Below, in pieces: positions 9,255 through 17,912 of a stretch of 64,000 nt of DNA. Under the pieces are notes generated by a model that saw only the letters and a program-made list of their open reading frames with translations, had not been told where the DNA came from and made no database searches. How positions within the stretch are numbered: the first letter of the stretch is position 1; each line of letters starts with the position of its first letter. Made by a program: the position numbers and the translations under genes. The stretch is from Candidatus Eiseniibacteriota bacterium (GTDB lineage Bacteria > Eisenbacteria > RBG-16-71-46 > CAIMUX01 > VGJL01). Where the stretch lies: the NCBI GenBank assembly GCA_963792585.1, contig CAWBWI010000003.1:1-64000 (forward strand), in the 5' to 3' direction.

Positions 9255-11095
9255 CGGGCTCCTCCTGCGACGCCGGGAGTCCCGGCGAGTTGCGCGTCAC
9301 GATACGACTCCTTGTAGAGCCGTCCGTCAGTCGAGATCTCCTGGAGCTCGAACCGCTCCATCGTAATGGCGTCGAACGGACATCGCTTGACGCACAGGGC
9401 GCACCGGATGCAGCGCTCCTCGTCGAGGATCATCGCCCCGCCCTGCTCCCAGCCGTAGGCCTCCTCGAGCTCCGGCAGGAGTCCCTCGGACTTGAGGGCG
9501 TTGATGTCGACCATGTGGATGACGCCCTCGGGACAGACATCCGCACAGGCCCCGCACAGGACGCAGCGGAACGGGTCGAACCAGATGTTGTAGTTGCACA
9601 TCAGGCAGCGCGTGGACTCCGCGACCGCGCCGTTGGCATCGAAACCCAGCTCCACGGGCGTGTTGAAGTTCACGACCGGCTCGGTCGACGGCATGCGCGC
9701 CGCCAGCGGCACCATGGGGATGTGCTGCCGTGGGAGCACGTCGTAGAACTCCGGCATGTCGTGGCGCCACGAGCTCGTGATCTTGACGTTGGCCGAGACC
9801 GTCACGTCCGTCCGTCCGGCGAGGTACCGGTCGATCGCGTAGGCGGCCTTCTTGCCATGGCCGGCGCTCTCGATCAGCGTGGTGGGGCCGGTCACGAAGT
9901 CGCCGCAGGCGAACACGCCTCGCACGTTGGTCGCATAGGTCGCCGGGTCGACCTTGACCCGGCCGCGGTTGATCTCGAACGACGCCTCGACCGGGAGGAA
10001 CGTCAGGTCGGCGGCCTGCGACACCGCCGGGATGACCGTCTGCGCGGCGACGATGAACTCCGAGCCTTCGATCGGCACGGGCGACCGACGGCCGGACGCG
10101 TCCGGCTCGCCCAGTCGGTTTCGGATGAACCGGACACCGGTGACCTTGCCGTTCTCGCCGACGATCTCGATGGGGCTCGCGAGGAACTCCATCCGGACGC
10201 CCTCGCGCTCGGTCTCGCCCAGTTCCTCCTCATCCACCACGAGCTCGGAACGGGTACGCCGGTAGGCGATGGTGACGTTGTCGGCGCCATGTCGGAGGCT
10301 GGTTCGCGAGCAGTCCATCGCCGTGTAGCCGCCACCGATGACCACGACGTCGGTGCCCACCTCCAATGGCTGGCCGAGGTTCGCCTTCTTCATGAAGTCG
10401 ACACCGTAGTCGACGCCCTCGAGGTCCGAGCCCGGGATGTCGAGGGCGACCGCGTTCATGGCGCCGGCCGTGATCGCGATCGCATCGAAATCACGCTGGA
10501 GCTGCTCGAACGTGATGTCGACCCCGATGGTCGTGTCGTAGACGAACGTGACGCCCAGTCGCTCCACGAGGCGTACGTCCATCTCGATGGCCTCGCGAGG
10601 GAGCCGGAAGGCCGGGACGCCGATCAGCATCGTCCCGCCGGCGAACGGCAGGCTGTCGAAGACCGTGCATTGATACCCCTTCATCGCCAGCTCACGCGCG
10701 ACGGCCAGCCCGGACGGCCCGGCGCCGACGATGGCCACGCGCTCGGCGCGGGCGGTGATCTGGGGCATGACGTCCGGGATGCCGGACGCCTCGTGCCATT
10801 CGACGAGGAAGCGCTTCATCGCCCGGATCGCGAGCGGACGATCGATGTCGCCGCGACGGCAGGCGCGTTCGCACGGGGCTGAGCACACGTACGAGCACAT
10901 CGCCGCGACCGGGTTGGGGTCGCGCGACAGGATGTAGCCCTCCTCGAATCGCCCCTCGGCGGCGAGGTTCAGGTAGCCGCGGCAGTTCGTTCCGACCGGA
11001 CAGGCTTCCTGGCACTCGATGTTGCACTGCAACCAGGAGGCGTCGACGGGCTGGACGAGGAATTCCTGAGCTGGTTCGATGGCCAAGCGGGGCAC
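9251..11095 (-). CDS. GltD/NfnB/SudA-like NAD(P)H-dependent flavo-iron-sulfur oxidoreductase with C-terminal 2x[4Fe-4S] domain
   Basis: CQEACP...CSYVCSAPCERAC (Fer4_20), GAGPSG FAD motif, GGGYTAMD and AYRR NADPH motif, CGD, CLMC, CVLCGACADVCP, CIRCALCVKRCP. Confidence 0.9.
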   Translation of the reverse strand: MPRLAIEPAQEFLVQPVDASWLQCNIECQEACPVGTNCRGYLNLAAEGRFEEGYILSRDPNPVAAMCSYVCSAPCERACRRGDIDRPLAIRAMKRFLVEWHEASGIPDVMPQITARAERVAIVGAGPSGLAVARELAMKGYQCTVFDSLPFAGGTMLIGVPAFRLPREAIEMDVRLVERLGVTFVYDTTIGVDITFEQLQRDFDAIAITAGAMNAVALDIPGSDLEGVDYGVDFMKKANLGQPLEVGTDVVVIGGGYTAMDCSRTSLRHGADNVTIAYRRTRSELVVDEEELGETEREGVRMEFLASPIEIVGENGKVTGVRFIRNRLGEPDASGRRSPVPIEGSEFIVAAQTVIPAVSQAADLTFLPVEASFEINRGRVKVDPATYATNVRGVFACGDFVTGPTTLIESAGHGKKAAYAIDRYLAGRTDVTVSANVKITSSWRHDMPEFYDVLPRQHIPMVPLAARMPSTEPVVNFNTPVELGFDANGAVAESTRCLMCNYNIWFDPFRCVLCGACADVCPEGVIHMVDINALKSEGLLPELEEAYGWEQGGAMILDEERCIRCALCVKRCPFDAITMERFELQEISTDGRLYKESYRDAQLAGTPGVAGGAR

Positions 11096-11561
11096 GTGCC
11101 TTTCCGGGAGTGTCGGGCTCGGGCGCGGACAGCTGGTCGGCGGCGTGCGCCGACGCGGCGGAATCTACCATCCGCGTCTTCCGCGGCGCAAAGGTGCGTC
11201 GCATTGTGCCCTGCCGGGTGCTCAGTGCCGCCCCGGGTGCGCGCCGTGCCGCGCGCCGTCGCGCCGTGCACCGGTCGTGGATGTCGGCCTCAGTGGACGT
11301 TGTCGGCCGAGTGGACACAGAGCGCGATGAAGCAGCACGCGCGACCTGCCCAGGTCGACATCCATGGCCAGTTGGCGCTCGGCGCATGCTCATTCGTCGC
11401 GGCGATGTCGACTGACACCACCATCGTCCTCCCACGCTGAGCACCTGCCCGGGTACCGCGTCGCGCCGGCGCGACGTTGACGGTGGGGACCCTCGCAGTA
11501 CTACGCTGCCCGCGATGGTGCCGCCGCTCGAAGCAAGCACGACACAAGCGATGCCCGCCGG

Positions 11562-13286
11562 ATGACGGCTGCCGAGTTCGCGTTCCTGGCGATGGGCCTC
11601 GTGCTGGGCATGGCGGCGGGGGCCGCGCTCATCGAGATCCTGCGCGCTCGACCGCCGGTACCACGTGAGGTTCGCGTCACCGTCGCTCAAGATGCCATCC
11701 CGCGCCGCGCCAGCACCCTCGCCGATCCTGCCTTCGCGGCAGTCGCCGCCGAACCTGCCCGGGGCGGACCCGCGGACCGGCGCGAAGGCCCGGCCGATGC
11801 CCCGGCTGGGATCGAGGATCGGCGAACGTCCGTTCGCCCGATGGGCGCGATGACCCTCGCCCTTGCGGCGTCTGGATCGAGCGGGCCCGCCGGCGGGCCG
11901 GACGTCGTTCGCGTTCCCATCGGCCGCGGAGAGGACCCGGTTTACGCGGCATTCCGGGCGAGCACCCCCGCCGGACCCGCCGGAGCGAGCGCCCGCGCCC
12001 TGGCGGCCGGGGGCGCCCTGAGCAGCTCGACGACGGCCGTACTGGACCGGTCGGCGGACCCCGTGACCGCCGCGTCCAGTGGCGGGCCCGGTGACGCCGA
12101 CGCCGGCGGCGGGGCATCGGCCCCCGGTATCGGCGGGGCATGGGCGCCCGGTATCGACGCGACGCCCGCAGCCGCCGGGCCGTGTGCCGAGGAGCGGCGC
12201 CTGTCCGACGAGCGGTGCGAGATCGCCATCCGTGCACGGGCCGGAGCGACGACTGCCGACGAGACCCATCGGGCGGCCCAGCGGTCGTACGACGACCACG
12301 ACGCCCGTGCGGACCAGGCGGCGGCTGCCGCCGACCCCCGTGCCATCCGGCGCGCAAAGGACGAAGCCCAAGCCCGGTTCAGGGCTGCGAGGTCCATCGC
12401 CGCGACCACGGACGAGGTGGAGGGCGCCGCGCGCACGTGGCTGCTCGAGATCAACCAGATCAACACCGACGCGCGTGACGCGACGGCAGCCGTGGCCCGT
12501 GAGCGGGAGGCCGTCCGGATCCTGACGCTCGACCTCGAGCGGATCGCGATGGAAGCCGAGGCGGCACGGATCGCCGCCGAGACGGCCGAGGCGGCGTGCC
12601 TGGCGGCACGGGAGGCGCTCGCCGCCTGCGAGGAGGCGCTCGCCGGACCGGTGGGCCACATGCCGCTCGTGCCGTCGACCCCACCCGACGACGGTGGTGG
12701 CGAGGACGACGAGCCACTGGCAGCCGCCCTGGGGAGCGGGGGCACCCCGCGCATCTTCCGCCTCGTTCGGGGGGACCGCTCGGCGATGACCGAGCTCGTC
12801 GACGCGATGGCGGGTGACGACCCGGAGGGGCGCCGACACTGGCAGCTCGCGCTTTCGGACCTTGTGGACGCGATCCTCGCCGACAGCATCGCGGCCGCGT
12901 CGCTCGACTTCCCGACGGATCACCCGTTCTGGGGCCCGTTCACCATCGGCCAGAACCGGGACATCTCCAGTGCGCTCTCATCGCTCGGCTACCGCTTCGA
13001 CGGGTTGGGTGGCTGGGTGGACGGCCGGGTTCCCTCCCAGCGCGATCTCTCGCTCGCACTCGGCTACGCCGGACTGGATCCGATGCGGATCCGCCACTGG
13101 CCGACGGAAGCGGAGATGGCCGAGCTCAATCGAGACGTGACGGTGGCGGCGGACGAGCGGCTGGCCGGCGCGGCCGGCGACCTGACCCTGGGCGAGCTGG
13201 TCTCGATGCTCGGACGGCGCGCCGACGGGCTCGCCGATGTCTGGAACCATTGGGGTCGCCTGCGCCCGCTCCTGCTCGAGGGCTGA
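11562..13286 (+). CDS. Hypothetical protein: N-terminal TM helix, low-complexity linker, Ala/Glu/Arg-rich coiled coil, globular C-terminal domain
   Basis: 574-aa intact ORF with coding-like codon usage; no family recognised. Confidence 0.7.
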   Translation: MTAAEFAFLAMGLVLGMAAGAALIEILRARPPVPREVRVTVAQDAIPRRASTLADPAFAAVAAEPARGGPADRREGPADAPAGIEDRRTSVRPMGAMTLALAASGSSGPAGGPDVVRVPIGRGEDPVYAAFRASTPAGPAGASARALAAGGALSSSTTAVLDRSADPVTAASSGGPGDADAGGGASAPGIGGAWAPGIDATPAAAGPCAEERRLSDERCEIAIRARAGATTADETHRAAQRSYDDHDARADQAAAAADPRAIRRAKDEAQARFRAARSIAATTDEVEGAARTWLLEINQINTDARDATAAVAREREAVRILTLDLERIAMEAEAARIAAETAEAACLAAREALAACEEALAGPVGHMPLVPSTPPDDGGGEDDEPLAAALGSGGTPRIFRLVRGDRSAMTELVDAMAGDDPEGRRHWQLALSDLVDAILADSIAAASLDFPTDHPFWGPFTIGQNRDISSALSSLGYRFDGLGGWVDGRVPSQRDLSLALGYAGLDPMRIRHWPTEAEMAELNRDVTVAADERLAGAAGDLTLGELVSMLGRRADGLADVWNHWGRLRPLLLEG

Positions 13287-13323
13287 CGTCGAGCCTGACC
13301 GAGCCCGACCGGGCGTGAGGCGC

Positions 13324-14130
13324 TCAGTCCTCGCCGACGCCCGGTGACGCGTCGCCGGCCGGTCCCGGGCCTTCGTTCTCATCCTCATCGATGACGATGA
13401 CGCGGAGCGCTTCGCCCGCCGGACTCCCGATGGCCGCGCCCTCTTCTCCCGCCCATTCGCGGATACGCACCATGAGGCCGTCCACGTCCCGGATCTGGCT
13501 GCGATGCTCCCGGAGCGCATCGAGCTTGCGCTCCAGCGTCGAGGAGATGTCCACCCAGGAGTTCGCGTGGTTGGACCAGAACAGGTAAAGACGCCGGACG
13601 ATGTGCGCCGACAAGCCGTCACGCGCCATCGATGGGAAGGCCATGGGGTTGCGGGCGGCCGGGTAGACGGCATCCACGGCGGCCATGCCCGCCGCGCGAT
13701 GGTCGGCGTGGTTGATCCCGCCGTCACCGTAGAACAGCGTCTCGGGATCCGTGGCGAGCACCGCGTCGGGCCGGAACGTGCGGATCTCCCGGACCAGCAT
13801 CTCGCGAAGGGCGAGGTCGTTCACCAACGCGCCGTCCGGCTGGTGCAGGAAGGAGACCCCGGCATATCCGATCACCCGGGCCGCCGCCGTCTGCTCGGCC
13901 TCCCGCAGGGCGGCAAGCTCGAACGGGTCCACCCCAGGGTCCTCGCCACCCTGGTCCCCGCTGGTGCAGCAGACCAGCCACCCGACCGAGCCGGCATCGA
14001 TCCAGCGCGCCGCCGTCCCGGACGGCCCGAACTCCGCGTCGTCGGGATGCGCCGCGATCACCATGAATCGGCCCGGTCGCCACACATGAGGCTCCGGCAC
14101 ACCTGGGATCGGAACGGTCGTCTCCGTCAC
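13324..14130 (-). CDS. PIG-L/LmbE-family deacetylase
   Basis: AHPDDAE, TSGDQG, PDGAL, NHADHR, KLDALREHRSQ. Confidence 0.92.
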   Translation of the reverse strand: MTETTVPIPGVPEPHVWRPGRFMVIAAHPDDAEFGPSGTAARWIDAGSVGWLVCCTSGDQGGEDPGVDPFELAALREAEQTAAARVIGYAGVSFLHQPDGALVNDLALREMLVREIRTFRPDAVLATDPETLFYGDGGINHADHRAAGMAAVDAVYPAARNPMAFPSMARDGLSAHIVRRLYLFWSNHANSWVDISSTLERKLDALREHRSQIRDVDGLMVRIREWAGEEGAAIGSPAGEALRVIVIDEDENEGPGPAGDASPGVGED

Positions 14131-14227
14131 GCGCCGGCACCTTGCAGGGCCCGGTACACGGCGCTACATTTCCGCCCGAGGCTTCGCTCGTCTCCCCCCA
14201 CGAGCGAAGCCTCCTGATTCCCGGGCC

Positions 14228-14711
14228 TCATCCGCGGGCCGTCCGGGACCGCTCGAGGGTCGCCAGGACGTCCTCCGCGTGACCCTTGGGCTTCACCGCC
14301 GGCCAGATCGCGGCGATCCGACCGTCGGGATCGACGAGGAACGTCGTCCGCGCGGTCCCCCAGTAGGTCCGGCCGTAGTTCTGCTTCTCCACCCAGCGAC
14401 CCATACGCCTCGGCGACGGCGTGCGCCTCGTCGGCGAGGAGCACGAACGGCAGGTCGAACTTCTCGCGGAACGCCTGCTTGCTCTGGGCCCCCTGGGGAC
14501 TGATGCCCCACACGTCCGCGTCCCGATCGACGAATGTGGCGTTGGCGTCCCGGAACTCGCAGGCCTCCACCGTGCAGCCGGGCGTGTCGTCCTTGGGATA
14601 GAAGTAGAGGATCGTCCATCGACCGCGCTGGTCGATCAACCGATGGATGGCGCCGGTCTCGTCCGGCAGGGCGACCTCGGGGGCAAGGTCGCCGACGGCA
14701 GGCATGCTCAT
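14228..14711 (-). CDS. bcp: Peroxiredoxin Bcp (frameshifted near 14395)
   Basis: YFYPKDDTPGCTVEACEFRD; C-terminal EKQNYGRTYWGTARTTFLVDPDG...VKPKGHAEDVL lies in another frame. Confidence 0.9.
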
Positions 14712-15394
14712 GACGCGATGGTACCGGGCGTTTCCACGATGAACAGCCGCCCGTCGCGCGCGGATACGGATGCGCGCGCCGCCGTGCGGACATTGGACAG
14801 GCCGCGCGACGAACCGCCCAGCAGCGGTTCGTCATGGAGCGCGTACTGGAGGCCGGTCGTGGTCACGCCCGCCACGTCACCACCCAGGGGAAGAAGCGAC
14901 ACCGACTCCCCGAGCCGCCCGTCGAGCATCACGCTCGCCGGAGATCCATCCGCCGACGGCGCCCACAGCAGACGGACTCGCGCGCCGGCGTCCACGATCC
15001 GCACGTCGAGGCCGGCAAGTCCTGCGAGCCCGAGCAGTCCGATGTTGGCGAGCGCATGGTCGAAGCGCTCGCCGCCCAGCGCCCCCACGATCGTGAGCCT
15101 GGTGGCCCCGACACCCAGCGCGGCGGCGACCGCCAGCTCCGTATCGGATTCGTCCTTGTCCGGCCTCGCCAGCTCCATCGGCACCCCGCGAGCGACCAGA
15201 TCCGCGAGGCCATCCACCCCGAGCGAGTCCCCATCGCCGACCCACCGGTCGATGACCAACCCGAGCGCGTCCGCCAGTCGTGCCCCGCCATCCGCCGCGA
15301 CGACGAATGCGACATCGGCATCCCAGCTCGGCCATGCGGCATCCAGCCCGGCCCGCTCGGGTGCGTCTCCGTCGGCGAGGATGAGGGCGTGCAT
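14708..15394 (-). CDS. thiN: Thiamine pyrophosphokinase
   Basis: VAADGGA, GDGDS, KDESDTELA, GALGGERFDHALAN, GLQYAL, RGLSN. Confidence 0.92.
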   Translation of the reverse strand: MHALILADGDAPERAGLDAAWPSWDADVAFVVAADGGARLADALGLVIDRWVGDGDSLGVDGLADLVARGVPMELARPDKDESDTELAVAAALGVGATRLTIVGALGGERFDHALANIGLLGLAGLAGLDVRIVDAGARVRLLWAPSADGSPASVMLDGRLGESVSLLPLGGDVAGVTTTGLQYALHDEPLLGGSSRGLSNVRTAARASVSARDGRLFIVETPGTIAS

Positions 15395-15418
15395 CCGGTC
15401 AGTCTAGGAGGATGCCCG

Positions 15419-15460
15419 GGAGTCGCACCCGGGATCCGCAGGAGTCGCACCCGGGATCCG
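15419..15460. repeat. Perfect 20-bp tandem direct repeat (GGAGTCGCACCCGGGATCCG x2, 22-bp period) in a divergent promoter
   Basis: Copies at 15419-15438 and 15441-15460. Confidence 0.9.
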
Positions 15461-15476
15461 ATGCTAGACTCCCGCC

Positions 15477-16067
15477 GTGTCGCCGCCACTCGACCACCCC
15501 GCCGTGCAGCGCGTGCTTGAGGCTGCCCTGCGCAAGGGGGTCGCGCTCGAGATCGTGACCTTCGACGAGTCGACGCACACCGCCGAACAGGCGGCCGCCG
15601 CGGTCGGTGCGGAGCTCGGTCAGATCGTGAAGTCCCTCGTGTTCGTGGCGCCGCGAGACGAGGACACGCTCGAGCCCATCATCTGCCTGGTCTCCGGCCC
15701 CGATCGGGTGGACGTCGCTCGCCTCGCCGCCGTCACCGGCGAGCCCGAGATCCGCCGCGCCACTGCCCGCGAGGCCAACACGCTGACCGGCTTCACCATC
15801 GGCGGTATCCCCCCGATCGGCCACATCCGCCCGATCCGGGTCATCATGGATCCCCACCTGGGCCGCCATCCGACGGTCTGGGCGGCGGCCGGACTGCCGA
15901 CCGCGGTGTTCGAGGTGCCGCCAGCCACGCTGCGGACCCTCGCCAATGCCACGGTGTCACCCGTCACGGAAGAGCGTCGGGTCGCAGACCTCGATGCGGA
16001 CGCGGGGCCGATCACCGCCGCCGACGGATCCGCTGGTTCCCTGGCCCGCCAGGGCAACGGGGCGTGA
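15477..16067 (+). CDS. YbaK/EbsC aminoacyl-tRNA deacylase-family protein
   Basis: THTAEQAAAAVG...QIVKSLVF, TGFTIGGIPPIGH, VWAAAG. Confidence 0.9.
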   Translation: MSPPLDHPAVQRVLEAALRKGVALEIVTFDESTHTAEQAAAAVGAELGQIVKSLVFVAPRDEDTLEPIICLVSGPDRVDVARLAAVTGEPEIRRATAREANTLTGFTIGGIPPIGHIRPIRVIMDPHLGRHPTVWAAAGLPTAVFEVPPATLRTLANATVSPVTEERRVADLDADAGPITAADGSAGSLARQGNGA

Positions 16068-16684
16068 CCGACACCACCCGCGCGACCGGCACGAACCGCG
16101 CGACCGGCGCCGCGGGCCCGGAGCCCCGCAACGCGACCATCACGTACCCCGGCGGCCTGCGCGCCCGATGGCGTTGGGGCGGCACCGGCCAGTCGGCCGC
16201 GGTATTCGCCCTCAGTGAGGCCGGTGGCTCGCTCGTGGACCTGGGGCCGCAGGTCGCGCCCGACCCGGATGCGCTCTGTCGCGCGGAACTTCGACTGGAT
16301 GGCCCGCGCGGCGGCTGGACGGCACGGTTCGCCTCGCTCATCTACGACGAGCCGCGGGCGACGTACTGGGACGATGCCGGGATCCTGGTCGTCGCCTACG
16401 GGTTCCACACCTTCGCCCTGGATGCCGCGACCGGGGAGGCCCGTTGGCAACACCGGTCCGCGACACCGGTCATCGGCCTGTTCGGATCCCCGCGGCTTGA
16501 CCATGTCGTCGTCCAGTCGGAGCTGGAGACGTTCGCTCTCGAGGCCGATGGGACCGTCGCGTGGCGGATCGCCCACACGGACGTGGTCACCGCCGTGGAG
16601 TCCATCGGTGGCCGGCTCGTGCTGACCGGCTTCGACGGCCAGGTCAACGCGCTGGATCCGGCCACGGGACGGCCCACCGCCTGA
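16064..16684 (+). CDS. Hypothetical protein with PQQ-like beta-propeller repeats
   Basis: FALDAATGEARW, FALEADGTVAW and NALDPATG repeats; GTGA overlap with upstream gene. Confidence 0.7.
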   Translation: MTDTTRATGTNRATGAAGPEPRNATITYPGGLRARWRWGGTGQSAAVFALSEAGGSLVDLGPQVAPDPDALCRAELRLDGPRGGWTARFASLIYDEPRATYWDDAGILVVAYGFHTFALDAATGEARWQHRSATPVIGLFGSPRLDHVVVQSELETFALEADGTVAWRIAHTDVVTAVESIGGRLVLTGFDGQVNALDPATGRPTA

Positions 16685-16769
16685 GCGATCGAGGGGTTGG
16701 TCGTTCCCGGGTTGTGGACGAACGGTGGATAACTCGGCGGTCGGGGGCGAATCTCGTGGACGACTGCCG

Positions 16770-16799
16770 TTGACCCAGGACACACCCTGGACCTAGCGT
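16770..16799 (+). promoter_or_regulatory. Sigma70-type promoter TTGACC-N18-TAGCGT
   Basis: -35 at 16770-16775 and -10 at 16794-16799 in an intergenic region. Confidence 0.55.
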
Positions 16800-16805
16800 A
16801 CCCAT

Positions 16806-16888
16806 CAGCCCGGAGGGGCCCAAGGACACTAACGGCGGCGATCGCATCAACGTCCACGTGTCGTGGAGGTTCCTTCGGGCCTTTTCGT
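16806..16888 (+). ncRNA. Candidate structured small RNA
   Basis: Own promoter; long closing stem 16812-16826/16871-16886; inner hairpin TCCACG-TGT-CGTGGA; ends near a TTTT tract; no family recognised. Confidence 0.4.
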
Positions 16889-16913
16889 GCCCGGCGCGCG
16901 TATCATCCCCGCC

Positions 16914-17813
16914 GTGACCGCCCCCCTCCTGATCGTCCTCGGCCTTGCCCTGCTCGGTGTGGGCGTCGTCGTGCTGCGGACCTTCGGCCCGCGCTATCGG
17001 GTCGGCCGCCTTCTCGCCGCCACGCCGGAGGTCCGGATCGCGGAGGCGATCGACCTGGCCGACGGCCCGCCGCGCTATGTCGCCGTCCACGGACGGATCG
17101 ATGCGGAGGAGGATTTCGAGGACGACGCCCACAAGCCGCTCGTCCTGCGGCGGGCTCGGATCCAGCGTCGACACGGGAGCCGGTGGGAGACCGTCGACGA
17201 GCATGTCGAGGCGGTGGCATTCGGCGTGCGCGATGGCCTCGAGGCCATCGCGGTGGATCACGCTGCCCTCGACGACGGGCTGGTGGTGATGCCGCGCGAG
17301 TCGGTCGGAACGGCCGGCGACGCCCCGGATCGCCTACCCGCCGGCACTGACCCGGCCACACCCGTCCGGCTGCGAGTGGATCTCGTGTCCTCGGTCGAGC
17401 ACGCGATCGTCCTGGGGGTGCCCACCCGTAGCCGCCCTGGTGACCCCCCGACCATGACCGCCGGCCTGGGACGGCCACTGATCCTGACCACGTTGGAGCG
17501 CCCCGAGGCCATGCGCGTGCTCACCGAGGGGGGTGAGCGACGGCCGCTCATCGCCGCGATCGCCTTCGCTGTCGGGGCCATCGCGATCACGGCCGGCCTG
17601 GCATGGGCTGTCCTCGGTGCGATGACGGGAACGGCCGCCGCGGCATCCCCTACACCGACGGCGGGCGTCGGCGGTGACCCGCGAAGCAGCGGGGCCGGTC
17701 CGGGTCTGGTCGGTGATCCGTTGCTCGCCATCGGCGTCGTGATCGGCCTGGGGCTGTTGGCCACGGTCGCCACCATCGCCTACGTTCGTCTAACGGGCGG
17801 TCGCCAAGCCTGA
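16914..17813 (+). CDS. Hypothetical membrane protein (3 TM helices)
   Basis: Intact ORF with N-terminal and two C-terminal hydrophobic helices; TATCAT -10 box 7 nt before GTG. Confidence 0.75.
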   Translation: MTAPLLIVLGLALLGVGVVVLRTFGPRYRVGRLLAATPEVRIAEAIDLADGPPRYVAVHGRIDAEEDFEDDAHKPLVLRRARIQRRHGSRWETVDEHVEAVAFGVRDGLEAIAVDHAALDDGLVVMPRESVGTAGDAPDRLPAGTDPATPVRLRVDLVSSVEHAIVLGVPTRSRPGDPPTMTAGLGRPLILTTLERPEAMRVLTEGGERRPLIAAIAFAVGAIAITAGLAWAVLGAMTGTAAAASPTPTAGVGGDPRSSGAGPGLVGDPLLAIGVVIGLGLLATVATIAYVRLTGGRQA

Positions 17814-17848
17814 CACGCTCCCGGATCCGCATCGGGACCTTCGACCTA

Positions 17849-17899
17849 TTGGCAAGAACTGTGAGCTTGGTAGCCTCAGTGTCGTGGACTTCACAGTTC
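17849..17899 (+). promoter_or_regulatory. Promoter TTGGCA-N16-TAGCCT overlapped by inverted repeat GAACTGTGA/TCACAGTTC
   Basis: IR arms 17856-17864 and 17891-17899 flank the -10 box (17871-17876). Confidence 0.5.
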
Positions 17900-17912
17900 C
17901 TCCATCCGAGCG

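Noticed and set aside
9251..11095. Glutamate synthase small subunit (gltD) annotation
   Set aside because: No gltB nearby, extra C-terminal ferredoxin domain, and translational coupling to cytochrome b
11290..11425. 44-aa minus-strand ORF with GGGAGG RBS upstream of the flavoprotein operon
   Set aside because: RBS spacing is short, codon usage is atypical and there is no motif; insufficient support
6114..12923. Long ORFs 6114-9317 (+), 9290-10882 (+) and 10692-12923 (-)
   Set aside because: Shadow frames of well-supported genes
16700..16770. Replication origin
   Set aside because: Only three degenerate boxes, no AT-rich unwinding element, and no dnaA or dnaN nearby
16812..16886. Twister ribozyme or known riboswitch
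   Set aside because: Has a superficial TAA...GGAGG resemblance but lacks the twister L4 consensus; no recognisable riboswitch core
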